This document shows positions 36,986 to 49,892 of a stretch of DNA of 64,000 nt, one piece after another. The stretch lies in contig JALMLS010000637.1 in NCBI GenBank assembly GCA_038496445.1, positions 1 through 64,000 on the forward strand. The letters run 5' to 3'. The DNA is from Trichosphaerium sp. ATCC 40318 (taxonomy: Eukaryota > Protista > Tubulinea). The position numbers and the translations under genes were made by a program. Below the pieces are notes generated by a model. That model was not told the DNA's origin and ran no database searches. It worked only from the letters and a program-made list of their open reading frames with translations. Numbering within the stretch: the stretch's first letter is position 1; each line of letters opens with the position of its first letter.

Positions 36986-38536
36986 CTAATTAAGAATGCG
37001 CCTCCAATCTTTGGCACCATATCTGTTCATAAACCCATCCACACGTTCTTGAGACAACCAATCGTTACTCAAATCCCTTTCAATACGACTGATCAAACTC
37101 TTCTTATCTTCCGTATTTTTTGATGACCTTACATAAGCGATAGCTTCAGATACTGTAGACTTTGAGTGACGTGTGTTACCAACAGAATATAAGAAATCTG
37201 CTTCTACCATAATAGAAGCATCAAAGTTAGCGCATTTAGCACGCCATATCTATGAGAAACTTTAGAACAAAGTTTGGAAAAAGAACTAAACAAGTTAGTG
37301 TAACTTACCTTCCACACATTTTCAATTTTGCCAATACGACATACAAGGAAACTAGCAATATTTATCTCAGTTTCAAAGCCCCAAGAACCGCCGCCATGAC
37401 ACTCAGCGTTCTCACAAGCGCCATCATGAATAGCGTAAATAATTAACTCCATCTCTGAGAAGAAATGATTAAGTAACAGTTAACTTTTCACAAAACGTAC
37501 TGTCAAGGTAAGCATCGTATGCTGTCTGATTACTTCGTAGTTCTTTCAACTCATTAGTCATATGAACAAGAAGAACTGCTCTTTTATCTTTGTTTATATC
37601 ATCTCGATTTTGTAGATGACTTCTATATCCAACAGCACTATAAAGTGAATCTTCGTTTTGATTAACTAAAAGTTTATCCAAAATATCCTTAGCATTCAGT
37701 TCTGATATTCTCTTACGATCCTGAACCTGAGTTTCTAGTAGAGTCTCAACCTTAAGGTACATGGTGAGTAAAATGTAGTTTATTACACGTGATAGAAGGC
37801 AGCAAAGAGGTAATTTCATTGAAAGGAAAAACAGTTTCGAAAAGGCTAGAATTAGTACCTTGTACGGTTTCCATTTTTTCTTCTCCCAGAAAGAGTTTAC
37901 TGCTTCTTGGGATAGCCAATTTCGTTTATCCTTCTCATATTGTTCGATAATAAGCGCTTGTTGTCCTCTTTTGCTTTTATCACGGTTTCGCTTAACCAAG
38001 TCCATCGTATCGCGTATGGAGGTATCTATAGAGCCTCCTAGGTACAACCAAGCAGGTTTAACCGCACATCTTCACCAGAACAATCAGAACTTTATAGCTA
38101 TCGGCTATTACGGTACCTATCGCATTGGACGTCTTCTTGGCATGAAAACAAGCTAAATATACGCCAAACGTTTTGGACGTTGTGGAACCTCGTCAGCAAG
38201 TGACAAAGCGCGTTACAGCTCTGAGAACACTGCGCATAGCGCAACTCCTGTTGAAAAAATAAGAACAATTTACTTACAGTTCATTTCCACCTGATTGGAC
38301 TTGGCGTCTGCAAAGTAGGCGATTTCTTGATCTGCTAGGTATGCAACAAGTTTTTCGTCTATTTCTTTGTTTAAACAATTCATTAATGCAGCCACCGCTT
38401 TTCTACGACCCTCTAGAGGTGTCTGCCATTTTTTTCTGTTATGTGCAAACAAGCCGCTTAGCGAGTTTGGCTTTGCTCTTGCTTGCTCCACTAGCTTTTT
38501 ACCCTCACTTAGTGCTTTAGTTGCGTTGACAGCCAT
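36986..38536 (-). CDS. Hypothetical protein with an internal two-fold duplication (multi-exon)
   Basis: Spliceable ORF pieces. The motif WLSQE occurs twice (EKDKRNWLSQEAVNSF / ERDLSNDWLSQERVDGF) and NVW twice (RFHNVQNVW / RIGKIENVW). No family was recognised. Confidence 0.6.
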
Positions 38537-40506
38537 TCGTATTTTTGTAAACAAGGACCACAGTCTGACGAATGAATCACTGAACACTTTGCAACTTTCT
38601 TGACAATTGAGAAAAAAATATGAAGCATGGCACAGACACATTCTAATTTATTTATCTATGGCTATAAAGTAGTTACGCCAACAGTATCAACACCTACTGC
38701 CAAACATAAAATAGGAAACATAAACCCTTGAAGTCACATGGCGATGTTCCAAAAGGACAGATTTAAAAATTTGTATTTGAAAAAATTTCTCGGTTTATTC
38801 TTCTAGCTTTTATGGTGACAATAAGGTACAAAGTAGGTCCTTATTATTACCCTAAAACCATTTATTAACATCCTCACAACGTCTGAGACTTTTTTTAGAA
38901 CTAAACAAACAGCGACTGAACAGATCAAGCTACAAAATTATGTAAAATACTGTGAAGGCACTAAAAAACGCCAAAATCACCGAACATGACAAAATTCTAC
39001 ATACCTTCCTTGCTGTTGTCAATGCACCCTTTAAGTACTTTCAGGTTTGGTTGTTCTAAGGATTTGACACGAAGGTCAAATCCAAAGTGATGAGATTTAA
39101 TTTTGTATTTACTTTGCTGTTGTTAACACACAAATATATCTGGTATTTGTATGTCGCCTTTGGCGTTATTAACATTACCTCACATTAGAGCATAATGCCT
39201 TTGCTGCTAACTACGAAGATACCTACACTAGGTAGGTACTTAGATATGATCAAAAGTCCGTAGAGTACGTATTACTTGTTTTAAACAGATTATCTGCATA
39301 ACCTTGTATTCTGGTGCTTCTAAAGATAACATCCTAAGAGAAGTTCTTCGAGGAGTTTCAATGACGTCATTGGAAACGCATGTGTATTGTTTATGCCACT
39401 ACGAAAAGAGTAGGATTTATCACAAGTACTGCAAAAAAAAAAAAAAGCAGTTGGATGCTTTTAATAAAACGGCTCCCAACTCTTTGAATAGGCTCGTGAT
39501 AACCGTCTTCGGAGACAACATTGTCGGCGCTATTGGTACATCCTCAAAGACTGCAATATTATAGAAAGGAGTCTATTAGAAAAATAACAGCAGAGCACGT
39601 GTTTAGATACGATTACAACTGTTTTTACTCCTAATTACACTTTTTTGTAATAACCTCTTTCGGATAAGCTACCTAAAAATATCTTATAAATATCTTATTA
39701 CGCCATATCTGTAATCTCGCACCAAGGATATCGCTTCCCAGCTCAAAAAAAAATATCCAAAACGTCACGCCGTTTCGAAACACTGTTGCTAGCAGTAAGA
39801 ATACACGTGTGCGTTGTATGTTATTTCTACGGTTAAACACTCCTGTATAGTTCCGGTATTATTTAAAGCGGGCGTAACAGTTATTGTGCACGTGTTGAGC
39901 GGTACGTTCTCATTGACATTGAACTTGGGAACCAACTATTGGGAAAAATTGTAACTGTAATGTATAGTTTTGGGAGCGCAGCAAAGAATACCAAAGACTT
40001 TGTTGTGTATTATCTATCATGTGGGTTAAGTATTGCCAACACCGAAGTAAATTACTTGTACGAGTTGTGTGATAATACTAGACCACGGAAAAGGCAAAAA
40101 ACTGACAGTATTAAATGACCAGAATATTAGAAAAACACCAAACGTCGCGTGTACCTTACTAGCGCTCGGAGCATTTAATTACGCGCTTACGAATTACATG
40201 TCAACAGATGGTATATTTGAGAAAGCATTGGCGATCAAATATAGGACTATACACGCACAACCTCACTTGCTGTAAATTCTTTTTTTGGTAGCAATCTCCA
40301 GGTAGGACGCAGTTATGTTAGAAGCATAATGATGCTACTTTAACGCAAGACAACTCCGAAAAAAAATCCTTGAACCAGGGTTATCCCGATATGTGTCACA
40401 TTGCGTGATATCTCCGGGGAGTTGGTAAGTCAGTGTTTCAGTTCCAGTTAGTTTCCAAAACATTTCGGTTTACATTCTTTCTGTAAAGCAACAAACTGTA
40501 AAAAAA

Positions 40507-41060
40507 ATGAGTAAAGTAGCAAGAGCACCAAGACCACGTGATAGTAGAAACAAAATATGGAAGTTCAAGTACCACAAAACAACAGGAATAGACGTAAAAT
40601 CATGTGGGAAAGCATACAGAAACCTATACCAGTTAATAGTAACCTCAAGACCCATAAAATATCAGCTAGAAGATTACAACCTTGTTTGGAACAGAAACGA
40701 AGGTACACCCTTTTTTTCCTTCTAAAACACACACCTCAAATACGCTCTCGATACTGGGTACTAATAATTGTTCCTTCAGCTTACTCAGATGAACACGACG
40801 GGTTTTGTATACACGAGTTTTTTCCTTGTCCTCTCTCTGTACAATCACGTGATAAAGCTTCATCAACATACGGCAGTACAGCGCGTATTCGATACGCTGG
40901 GAAACTACGACCTCATTCTGCTTTCAAAGCTGTCATAAAAGGAACAGATACATCACATGTACCGATAGGACGGCTAATACCAATGAAGATAAAGAAAATT
41001 GTAAAGAACGAAGAAAGAAAAATAACATTTGTAAAACAAGAAAACACCGTTGTGAGATAG
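40507..41060 (+). CDS. Hypothetical basic protein of about 160 aa (two exons)
   Basis: The ATG ORF at 40507 joins in frame to the ORF ending at 41060 through a GT-AG intron at about 40702-40779 with a CTAAT branch site. Confidence 0.5.
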
Positions 41061-41906
41061 TAGTCTCAAAAATAATAAAAAAGAAAAAGATTGTACAGAG
41101 GGAAACAGAAAGGGAAAGTGTGTGTCACGTCATTGTTTTTTGAGAATCATTTTTCATCTTGCGTCATATCTCATACTACTGAGTTCTTTTGTGTACCACA
41201 TCGCTCGGTTCAGTATTTGTCTAAATATGATAGATAGACGTTTATTGTTGGTTTTTTGTCCTTTTTTTCATCTTTTCTCTATTTGTTCGAAATATCATTT
41301 TTTTGTGCACGTGATTACACGTACTGCGCCATCTGACACTACCAAAGAGTTTTTCATAGGCTGTAAAGATGTTTAAACAAGGCGTAAGGGCCTACAATGT
41401 GCGATGAATGACGGACTTGTAACGTACAGAAAATACGCTTATTTCGAGGTGAGACTTTTCTGAGAGATAGGTCTGTAGTGAGTTGTTCCACACAATTTTT
41501 TAGTCGAAATATTTTTTATCATAAGCAAAAGGAACTAAAAACAAGAACCACATTTGTGCGTTCCAGGGAAAATTGTCTTGCTCTTTGCGACGCATTTCTA
41601 GACGTAGGGAACGCCAAACAAGTAGGTTTCGAAAAGGAATGGAGTAAGAAAAAGAGAGGTCAACTCACAACCCATACCAACTCTGAACATCTTCTTTACA
41701 AGCAAACAAATCAAAAAAACGTTTCCGTAGTAAAAACTCTTCCTGGCTCTTGAAAGTAGCGTTGGATAATCTATACACCAGCACCGTCTAAAATCGTCAC
41801 TTAGTAAACATGACGGGTAAAATATTACAGTTGTCTTGACACAGTTAAGTTTCAATGAAATGTGGTTCTTAAGTTGTTTTTTTTATTGTTTTCGCTTCTA
41901 GAAAAT

Positions 41907-44577
41907 TTACAATTCAATGTCGTCACCCACAACACTAGTCATAGTACTCTTATACAACAAGTTGTGATCACCATTACCAACAATAAGATTATCTGACTCG
42001 CTCTCTGAGATAAAGCTACTTTTTAAGCCAGAGTTACGATCTCGAGCTGGAATCAATGGATCTTCAAATTGATTATCACCTCTTGAAGAGGTAGCAACAC
42101 TCTCCTTCTGCTTTGCTTCGCTTTTCTCTATATCAAGTTCTAATCTATCCGTAGGTCCGTTTACTACAATATTAGGTGGTGAATAGCTATCTTCATCTTC
42201 TTGCGAAGACCCAGAGCTACCCAACTTTTGATTTGTAGATTTTGAACTCATTTCCGAGAGTTCTCTTCCTTGTACTGGTTTTCCAACACTTACAGTCTGT
42301 AGTGAAGCACTCTGGTTCACTGTGTATATGCTAGTCATAGTAGAAGCATGTTTAAATACTGTTCTACCAGCAAATGATATAAACCGATCATGAGCGTTTT
42401 TACTAGCATATGCACGGCTATCAACATTATTCACTAGATTCAACATAAGTCACGTGAATCACTTTTAACTTTGCGTACACTCATATGCCCCTTTTAGCTG
42501 TACTCCACTGAATCTTAGCACGGATCTATCTAGTGTGTTTTCAACACCTGGGAATATTCGTGTTCCCATTGCTGGTCCACCGTATGTTCTAAAAATAAGG
42601 GCTTGTTTACCAAGAAGCAATCTTTTAACACCAGTGCGCTAAGTAGATCGTTAGATATCGCATGTAACTTGCGAGTTGTCTTACTTGTGCCAGTGTACGA
42701 ACGCAAGGCATGAAGGTAAAAAAGAAAGAACCAAACCAAGTAAACAAGTATACAATAGGGTTGTATCGCCAGTTTCTATAAACAAGTGTTAGAGCGAAAC
42801 ATAACTACTTCAACAAGTATTGGCCTTACCTATCAGAAAAGAACTTGTATGCAACACCACTAACAAATGTACAGTCGATGAACAGTTTAAGATGCCCAGG
42901 TAAGTTATACCAGTGAACTGGGTACACGAAAACGTAAGTTTGTGCATCGCGTATTAGTTGTTGACATTGTTTAATATTTGCTGGGTTTAATTGTAACTCC
43001 TTAGAGGTTGTTAACAGTGAACTTCATTATAAACAATATATTGCTGGCTTCTTACCTCAACGTGTATTGTAGCCGTACACAAGTTTGTAAAAGAACCAAG
43101 CTGTTTTTCAATCTCACAAACAATCTGTTGCGAAAGTGTTTGGGTTGTCTTTTTTGATACACCGTCAGGATGTATTGAGCTGTATCCATTAATAATAAGT
43201 ATATCAGGCTTATTTCCATTTGAAAACGTGATTGCCTAATACAATCATTAAGTTAAATAAGTACAAACGGACTAATCGTATTCATACTGATGGCGCTTGA
43301 GTCAATTTCATCGGCTTTGATAATATTCTATTTGTCGAAATTGGTTGAACTTTAGTGTCCTTTACTGAGTTACTGACGTAAGCAGACGGTGGACATCTAT
43401 CCATCATTTGGTCTGTGTATAGTAGATAATGTATTAAAGCGTTAATAAGATATGAAGAGTGCTCCCACTGCTCATACTGATCACCAAAAAAGATATCACC
43501 TTTGATCAAAAATCAACCAAAAATTGAAAACCCCAAAAAAAGTACGCACCTAAACTAAATGCAACAAACAAGAATACAACTACTTTAAGACCGAATTTAG
43601 CTTTGTCCATATACCATAATTTCTGCAGCCACCCATCAGCATATGCTTCCTAAAGAAATAAAGTGAGCAACGCTTTGGATCACGTGTTAAATTGCGAAGC
43701 CATCAAAAAGTTCATCAAATAACAGTTCAGACAAGCTGGATTTGCTGTTGCCTTGGTCTATCCCTGCGTACTTTATAAGGCCAAATCATAGCTACTAAGA
43801 ACACAAACGCCATGGATGCTTCTAGAACCTTTGATCCATATAATACAGGAGTTCCCAAAGGCTTCATGCCAATACTAGCAAAATAAACTTCGAATGATGT
43901 ATCTCTTTCTTTGATAGTTAACTGGACAAAATGTAAGTAATATCCATCAAAATAAACCGGTTTAACGCATTGAAGATAGAAGCAACTCTAAGTACTAACC
44001 TTTGGAACAGCATCAAGTGCATTCATTCCCATAAAAAACATCCAAAAAAAAGGTACAAAGAAAGACCTTGTACGTCTCAACATAAGCTTTCTGAAAGGTG
44101 GATGTAACGCAATAAATACTATACTGAATGTGAACATAGCTATAGAAAGGTCAGAACGTGATTTCCAATAGTTTCAAAAAATTATGTCCAAGTACTTGTA
44201 TGTTTCCAAAGCGCTTTTCTTTCATTGAAAACAACGTCCATTGTGATAAGCCACGTGAAGAAAATAAAGTATATATACGTTAATGCTCTTCTCAGTTGGT
44301 TTACGAGGTCCATGAATATAGGTAGGATAGCGCCTATAGCAGCAAGACCGAGTATTATGTTTATAACACCGTAAGTGTACATAACAACCCTAGCGACATC
44401 TTTTCCTGTCTTTGGGCTGAAATTTGTTGAGTTGTACTTGGCAACATACTTCTGAGCGCTTTTATCAAGTCCAGTGTAGAAAGGTATCTATACAAACGCG
44501 TCACAGGTTAGTTTGAGGCAGTTTACAATTCAGCCAACGCACATCCACCCAATTCTCTCCATCGTATAACGTATCAT
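41907..44577 (-). CDS. Multi-pass membrane protein fused to a flavodoxin-fold NAD(P)H:quinone oxidoreductase domain (Flavodoxin_2/NQO/KefF-MdaB-like)
   Basis: Several hydrophobic N-terminal segments, then DILIING..HP, YVFVYPVHWYNLPGHLKLFIDCTFVSGVAYKF, LLLGKQALIFRTYGGP and SVLRFSG, followed by a Ser/acidic tail. Confidence 0.72.
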
Positions 44578-44917
44578 TTAGCCTGTTACCGCCAAAGTAT
44601 CGTGAATGAGGTGTAACTAGATCAATTCCATTGAAGAAAAAGTAGAAAAACTAATGTACTATGTTAAATAGCGCTATGGCGCTTTAAAACGCGCCCAGAA
44701 GGTAAATAATATGACAACAGGGTCATTCCAAATTCTCTTTATTAGGCGTAAGCCTCTATGAAGTAGACCTTTCTTTTTCTTTTTATCGCGTAGTTGCTTA
44801 TACGCATAAGCTTTTTCCATCGAGTAAACAGTTTTTTTAACCTAAAAAGAAGGTTCTTTCCGATAATGATAAGGGATTTAGTTCTGGCTTAATTAGGCGT
44901 TTTAATAACACCTCATA

Positions 44918-46048
44918 ATGACTACGTTCACGTCAATAGGTCCTAAGCAAACACTCGACCCCGAAGAGCTAACAGAAACGGAAAATGAATTGTTGCAAAC
45001 TCTTAAACTTAGTCCTAATACACAAGGTACGCGATAAAAACAAGAAATAGACCCAGTAAGAGCGATTTAAAATAATTTTTGTACTAACAGCCAACAGGTT
45101 TCGGTGACGCGTATCTAATGGCTTGTCTAATGAGTAGAAAGATGGATTTAGACCGTACAACAGAGATGATAGATAAATACCATGATTTCTTTAAAACGTA
45201 CAATAAAACACAAATACCGCCTCTTACTGATTGCTTTGATATATATAAAACAGGGTACGTATAGCTTAATAAAAAAAACGTACCATGAGTATTGTTATTA
45301 GTGAATCTTTTTCGAGTTTTAGCGAGTTTTTTCCTCCTGACATTTTTGTTAAAATAGCTGTTTTTGGATGGTTCCTGGGACTCGTACAAAAGATGGTCTT
45401 GCTATAAACTATGTGAGACCCAGTAAATTAAATATGCGTAAGCATTCCAATGATGTATTGCTTGATTGGCTCATTTGGCACATGACAACTGGAGTTTTCA
45501 CAGAAACGTAAGTACCTACTTTGATGTGCTTCCCTGGGTTTTTAAGCTTATTATGTTTGGTAGGATCGAAGCTATGCGTAATGGTGTTGCTGTCGTAGTT
45601 GATCTTAGTGGGTTTAGCATAACACAAGTTGATTTGGGTTTTAGTAAAATAGCTCTTCTTGCACAAGTATGCTACATATTCGAACAAAAAAACAATAGAA
45701 GGAGTTACAGCTGATACTTCTTAGAGTACTTTCCCAGTTCGTATAAAGAAAATATTTATTATAAACGCACCAATGGTAATGAGACCCGCTGTTCAAATTG
45801 GAAGGATGTTCTTTAAGAACAAATTAATCTCAAGAGTAAGAGAGTCTTGGTTTTTTCTTACACTTATGCATTTTTTTAGATTAAATTTTTAAAGCCTATT
45901 GAGCTTCTTGAACACTTTGATGCAAATCAGCTGCACACCAAATGCGGTGGTAATAAGAAATTCACATTAGGTATACTATTCGGATGTTTGAACCTCTACA
46001 TACTAAGTGTTAACAGGAAAATGGCTTGCTCTATTGCAGAAAATGTAA
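44918..46048 (+). CDS. CRAL-TRIO (Sec14/alpha-tocopherol transfer-like) lipid-binding protein
   Basis: Spliced motifs LMACLMSRKMDLDRT, PGTRTKDG, NGVAVVVDLSGFS, FPVRIKKIFIINAP and LHTKCGG. Confidence 0.85.
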
Positions 46049-46466
46049 ATCAAAATAAATGTACATTAACTTTAAACGTTGACACTGTGAGTTTCTTTGT
46101 AAAGGTCATACCAGACAGGAAAGTTTGAATCTTTTTAGTATTGTTAATGGAACGCCGAATATTTGAAGAAGTCGAGAATTCAGTTCAATTTTACTCAATG
46201 GCAACTTATTGTATATCAACAACTAAAAAACCATTTTTGTGACTTAATTACGGCCATCATTGTAGCAACTCGATATCTACGTTGCATTGAAGAAGAGAAA
46301 GCAATAAGTCTAGTCCTATGAGGTTCAACTCAGACAACAGTGACAAAGCCATCATGAGTTAATTTTCGCGTAGCGGAAAGTATTTAACAAAATGAGCATG
46401 TAATCTTTGTGTTTTATTTTATTCCCAAAGTCACTATTGGCTTTTTGGTGTAACAACTTCTTAGTT

Positions 46467-49034
46467 CTACACTTCCACCTCAATTCCCGCTTTTTTCAGC
46501 AAAGCGCGAAGCCTTTCATTTTCATTTTCCAAACTTTGTGTCTTATCCTTCTCAGCACTGTACTTATGTTCTAGGTCCTCAATACGTGCATACAAGTCAG
46601 CAACAAGTTTCTTATTTCCAACAGTCTTTTCAATAGGCGTTAACCTGACACATGAAGTGCCACCAGAAAGCTTAACAAGAGGCAAGTTCTCGGTGAGTTG
46701 TGATAAACACACAAGAATATCAGACGCTTTTGGCCTCTTCTTAGGCGCATCAGTACACCTAGCAGCAAGCGCAGCTTGAGACGTATATACATTACGAAAA
46801 GTAGCAGGTAGCTATGAAATAACAAAAAATCAATAAAACAAGTAGATACGGTTTACGCGCAAACACGTACAATACCCTTTCTAGCTTCCGATAGAGTTCT
46901 TGCTCGTTCTCCAAGTGTATTGAATGGGTTGTACATCTCTAGTAGAATCAAACCCAAAGGGAAGATGTCAACAGATTGATCGTAAAGTCCATCAACTACG
47001 TAAAAACGGTCAATCTCGAATGTGGTTTGCTTACTTGCAACGTACGTATTTCAGGAGCGGCCTACAAGGTATCAGCAACGAATTCTATGCCATTACTATG
47101 AGAAAAACGTACGTAAAGAGGAGTTCCAAGCGCTGTTGTGTGAGAATCATGAAGAATAGCTGGAGCGAAATTCTCTGGCTCTACAAAGAGTTCTTTCTTT
47201 GATAGTGTGAGATCTTTGGCCAATCCAAAGTCTGTAAACAAGTATGAATACCAAAAGCAGTATAAGATTTACTTTGCTTACCTCCTATCTTTACAATACC
47301 ATTACCATCAATAAATATGTTACTTGGCTTAATATCTTTAAGGCAGTTAGCAAAAAAAAGGTTTCCTTTGCTGTTGGCAGGTAATTTTAAATTTAAGCGT
47401 ACCACGATGAACTATCTGTGCGTTGTGAATGTAGTCAATACCTTTAACTATTTGCTCAAAAATATTCCTACAAAGGCCTTCGTCCACTGTACGTTTTGGT
47501 GCTTGCAGAAGGTCCCTGAGACATTATTAGTATTGTATACGTTATTACTAGTCGCTTACTGTAGCGTATGCTTTGAGCACAATTGAGTCTAGGGATTAAC
47601 AGTATGAGTAATGACATGTTAAGTGGCGATAACTATAAGGTACCTTAATGTATAATGTAAAACTCGGGCAGCAAATATCTGAATTGTATGGGATTATACC
47701 ATCCACAAGGCTACTATCGCTAGCACTCAGCTAAATAAAAATCAATATTATTCCACGTTTAATAACTAACGTACTCGTTTACCAGTATTACTAGCTGATT
47801 TTTCAGATTCAACCAACCAATCATTCGGTGTATCGCCAACTGAAGACTGTGACAAGTTTCCAGCACTTTGTACTGAAACTGGGCCATAATTTGAATTAGA
47901 AGCAGGTCCTTGTGTTGATCCTAAGGACACAGAGTGTACAGGTCTAGGGCCTGAAGATACAGAGCTAGAGTAATCTAATAAAGAAAATAAGAAAATAAAA
48001 CAAAACAATCCGTTTCAATACCTTCATTTTTGGGCTTAATGCTCGTGGGACCTGTATATGCCTTCCCCTCTTCTACCCACGCATGGTACTAAAAATGAGT
48101 TTAGCATAAAAAAATACGCAAACAGAAAGGCTTGCAAGAAGGAGTGAATACGACTACTTGTTCATTCTTTTTTTGAGAAACGCGTAGAAAAACTTTCTTT
48201 TAAGTCACTTGCAAATTTAAATAACGGGAAACGTACGTATCGAACGATATGGTGGTGTTCGAGGCGAGCCAAAGTCCGTACCTACAAAGTTAAGTCAAGA
48301 ATTTGGCCAAAAACTGAGAATAACGTAGGAGCTATTTCTTTACCTCTCTAAAGGTCTTCTCTAGCTTCTGTGCGCACTCATAAGCGCTCTTAGCTTGTAC
48401 TTTTATCTTTTTAATGGCATAAAACCCGCCTGAATTCCAGTGAGTTTAAAAAATCACAAAGCGTAAAAACTGTCTTTTCTAAGCGCAAGGGCTATGTGTC
48501 AACGATTCTGGAAAAAAAGACAGCGTCGTTTTTAGATAGGTAGACAGAACATACCATCAAGTCTGTCACGCGCTTTATACACGGAACCGAAGCCCCCCTT
48601 GCCTAGTCTCTCTCTTTTTTCGAAATAATTTTGAAATACTCCTCGAGAGACAGTGTAAGGGTTCGTTGTAGAGAACCTATAAGTGTACTGTTAGCTATAG
48701 AGGTACCTCCTTTGCGCCGTACCTAGGTGAGCCGCGTAACGCAGAATAATACAGTTTTTCTAGTCCCTTTAGCAAGAAGTGTGGCTGCTACAGTTACGTC
48801 ATCAAAGATGACGGATATGTGGCTCCAATTGGAACAAATTGACAGTAATGAATGGAAGAAAACTTAATTTTTTGAAAAAAATTGTTTAACGTTATACCGC
48901 CGTATGTGGATACTATTTTACTAAAAATGGCGTATTTTGCGTACCTCTGGCCTGTATTGTACAATTTGATTTTCGCTTGTTGCTTTAAGTACTGCTAAAT
49001 CACTTTCACTACTGCTACGGGTTGTTTTATACAT
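46467..49034 (-). CDS. eIF2-alpha kinase (HRI/PKR-type) with kinase insert and C-terminal coiled coil
   Basis: LGKGGFGSVYKARDRLD, YAIKKI, EVRTLARLEHHHIVRY..AWVE, a Ser-rich insert, IVHRDIKPSNIFID, IGDFGLAK, AAPE and RPKA. Confidence 0.85.
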
Positions 49035-49892
49035 TATTTAACAAACGGTATCTTATTTACAATGGTTTGTTTAAAACTTCGTTAAATAGTCGTTGACGCA
49101 AACCAATGGCTAGCCAACAGTTACAGCGTTATTCATTATTTGTTTTTAGTGGGTTTTGTTGTATTGATGACGCGGTTTTAACTGACCGTTTCTTGTTGGT
49201 AGAATTACTGATATTTCATAGGAAATTCGCTTGTTTTTCACTTTTCTTTACACGTAACCGGTTACTCACGAAAGAGTCATTTCAGTTCTTTGCATTTCCT
49301 TGCCACCTATCGTTTAATCAGTATAACAATCACGTGTACGTCCACGTTGATTTTGTGGTGCAATTTTAGTTTGTAACGTGCACTTTAAAGTCAACTTTTG
49401 TCACTAGTTTTCTTCTGCTCATTTACAGATGGAAGCCAAAAAAAATAAAACATAAGTATCTAGCTTGTCAGCAACGAAAAACACAACTCAATCGCATGTT
49501 CAATAAACAAAACGAGCCTAATTGCAGTTCAGGATTCAACAATTCTTTGAATAACACTGAAGTTCTACGTAACTTTTGAGCCGTAGTATCCTCAAAACCT
49601 ACCCAGTAACCTGCACACTATTGGGTACTTATTGAATTTAAATCTAATTGTCATTACTCCAGTGTCACATCTTACTTATCAGTCACTAAAAGGATTTCTA
49701 ATCTTATGTGTAAGTATAATAGATACTGGAAACAGTTTTATTCGTACGGCGTTGTTCCTACTTAGTAATTTCTTGCCACATAAGCTAATACTGGTTGAAT
49801 CGTTTAACGATTGTCAATGACTTTCTTGGGTGTTCTTTTTGACGTTGCTATTTTATGCCAATAAATACTCAGATAATCGGCTACACGCTACA

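Noticed and set aside
38700-40400. Possible degenerate gene
   Set aside because: The coding-like fragments are interrupted by stops and show no family similarity.
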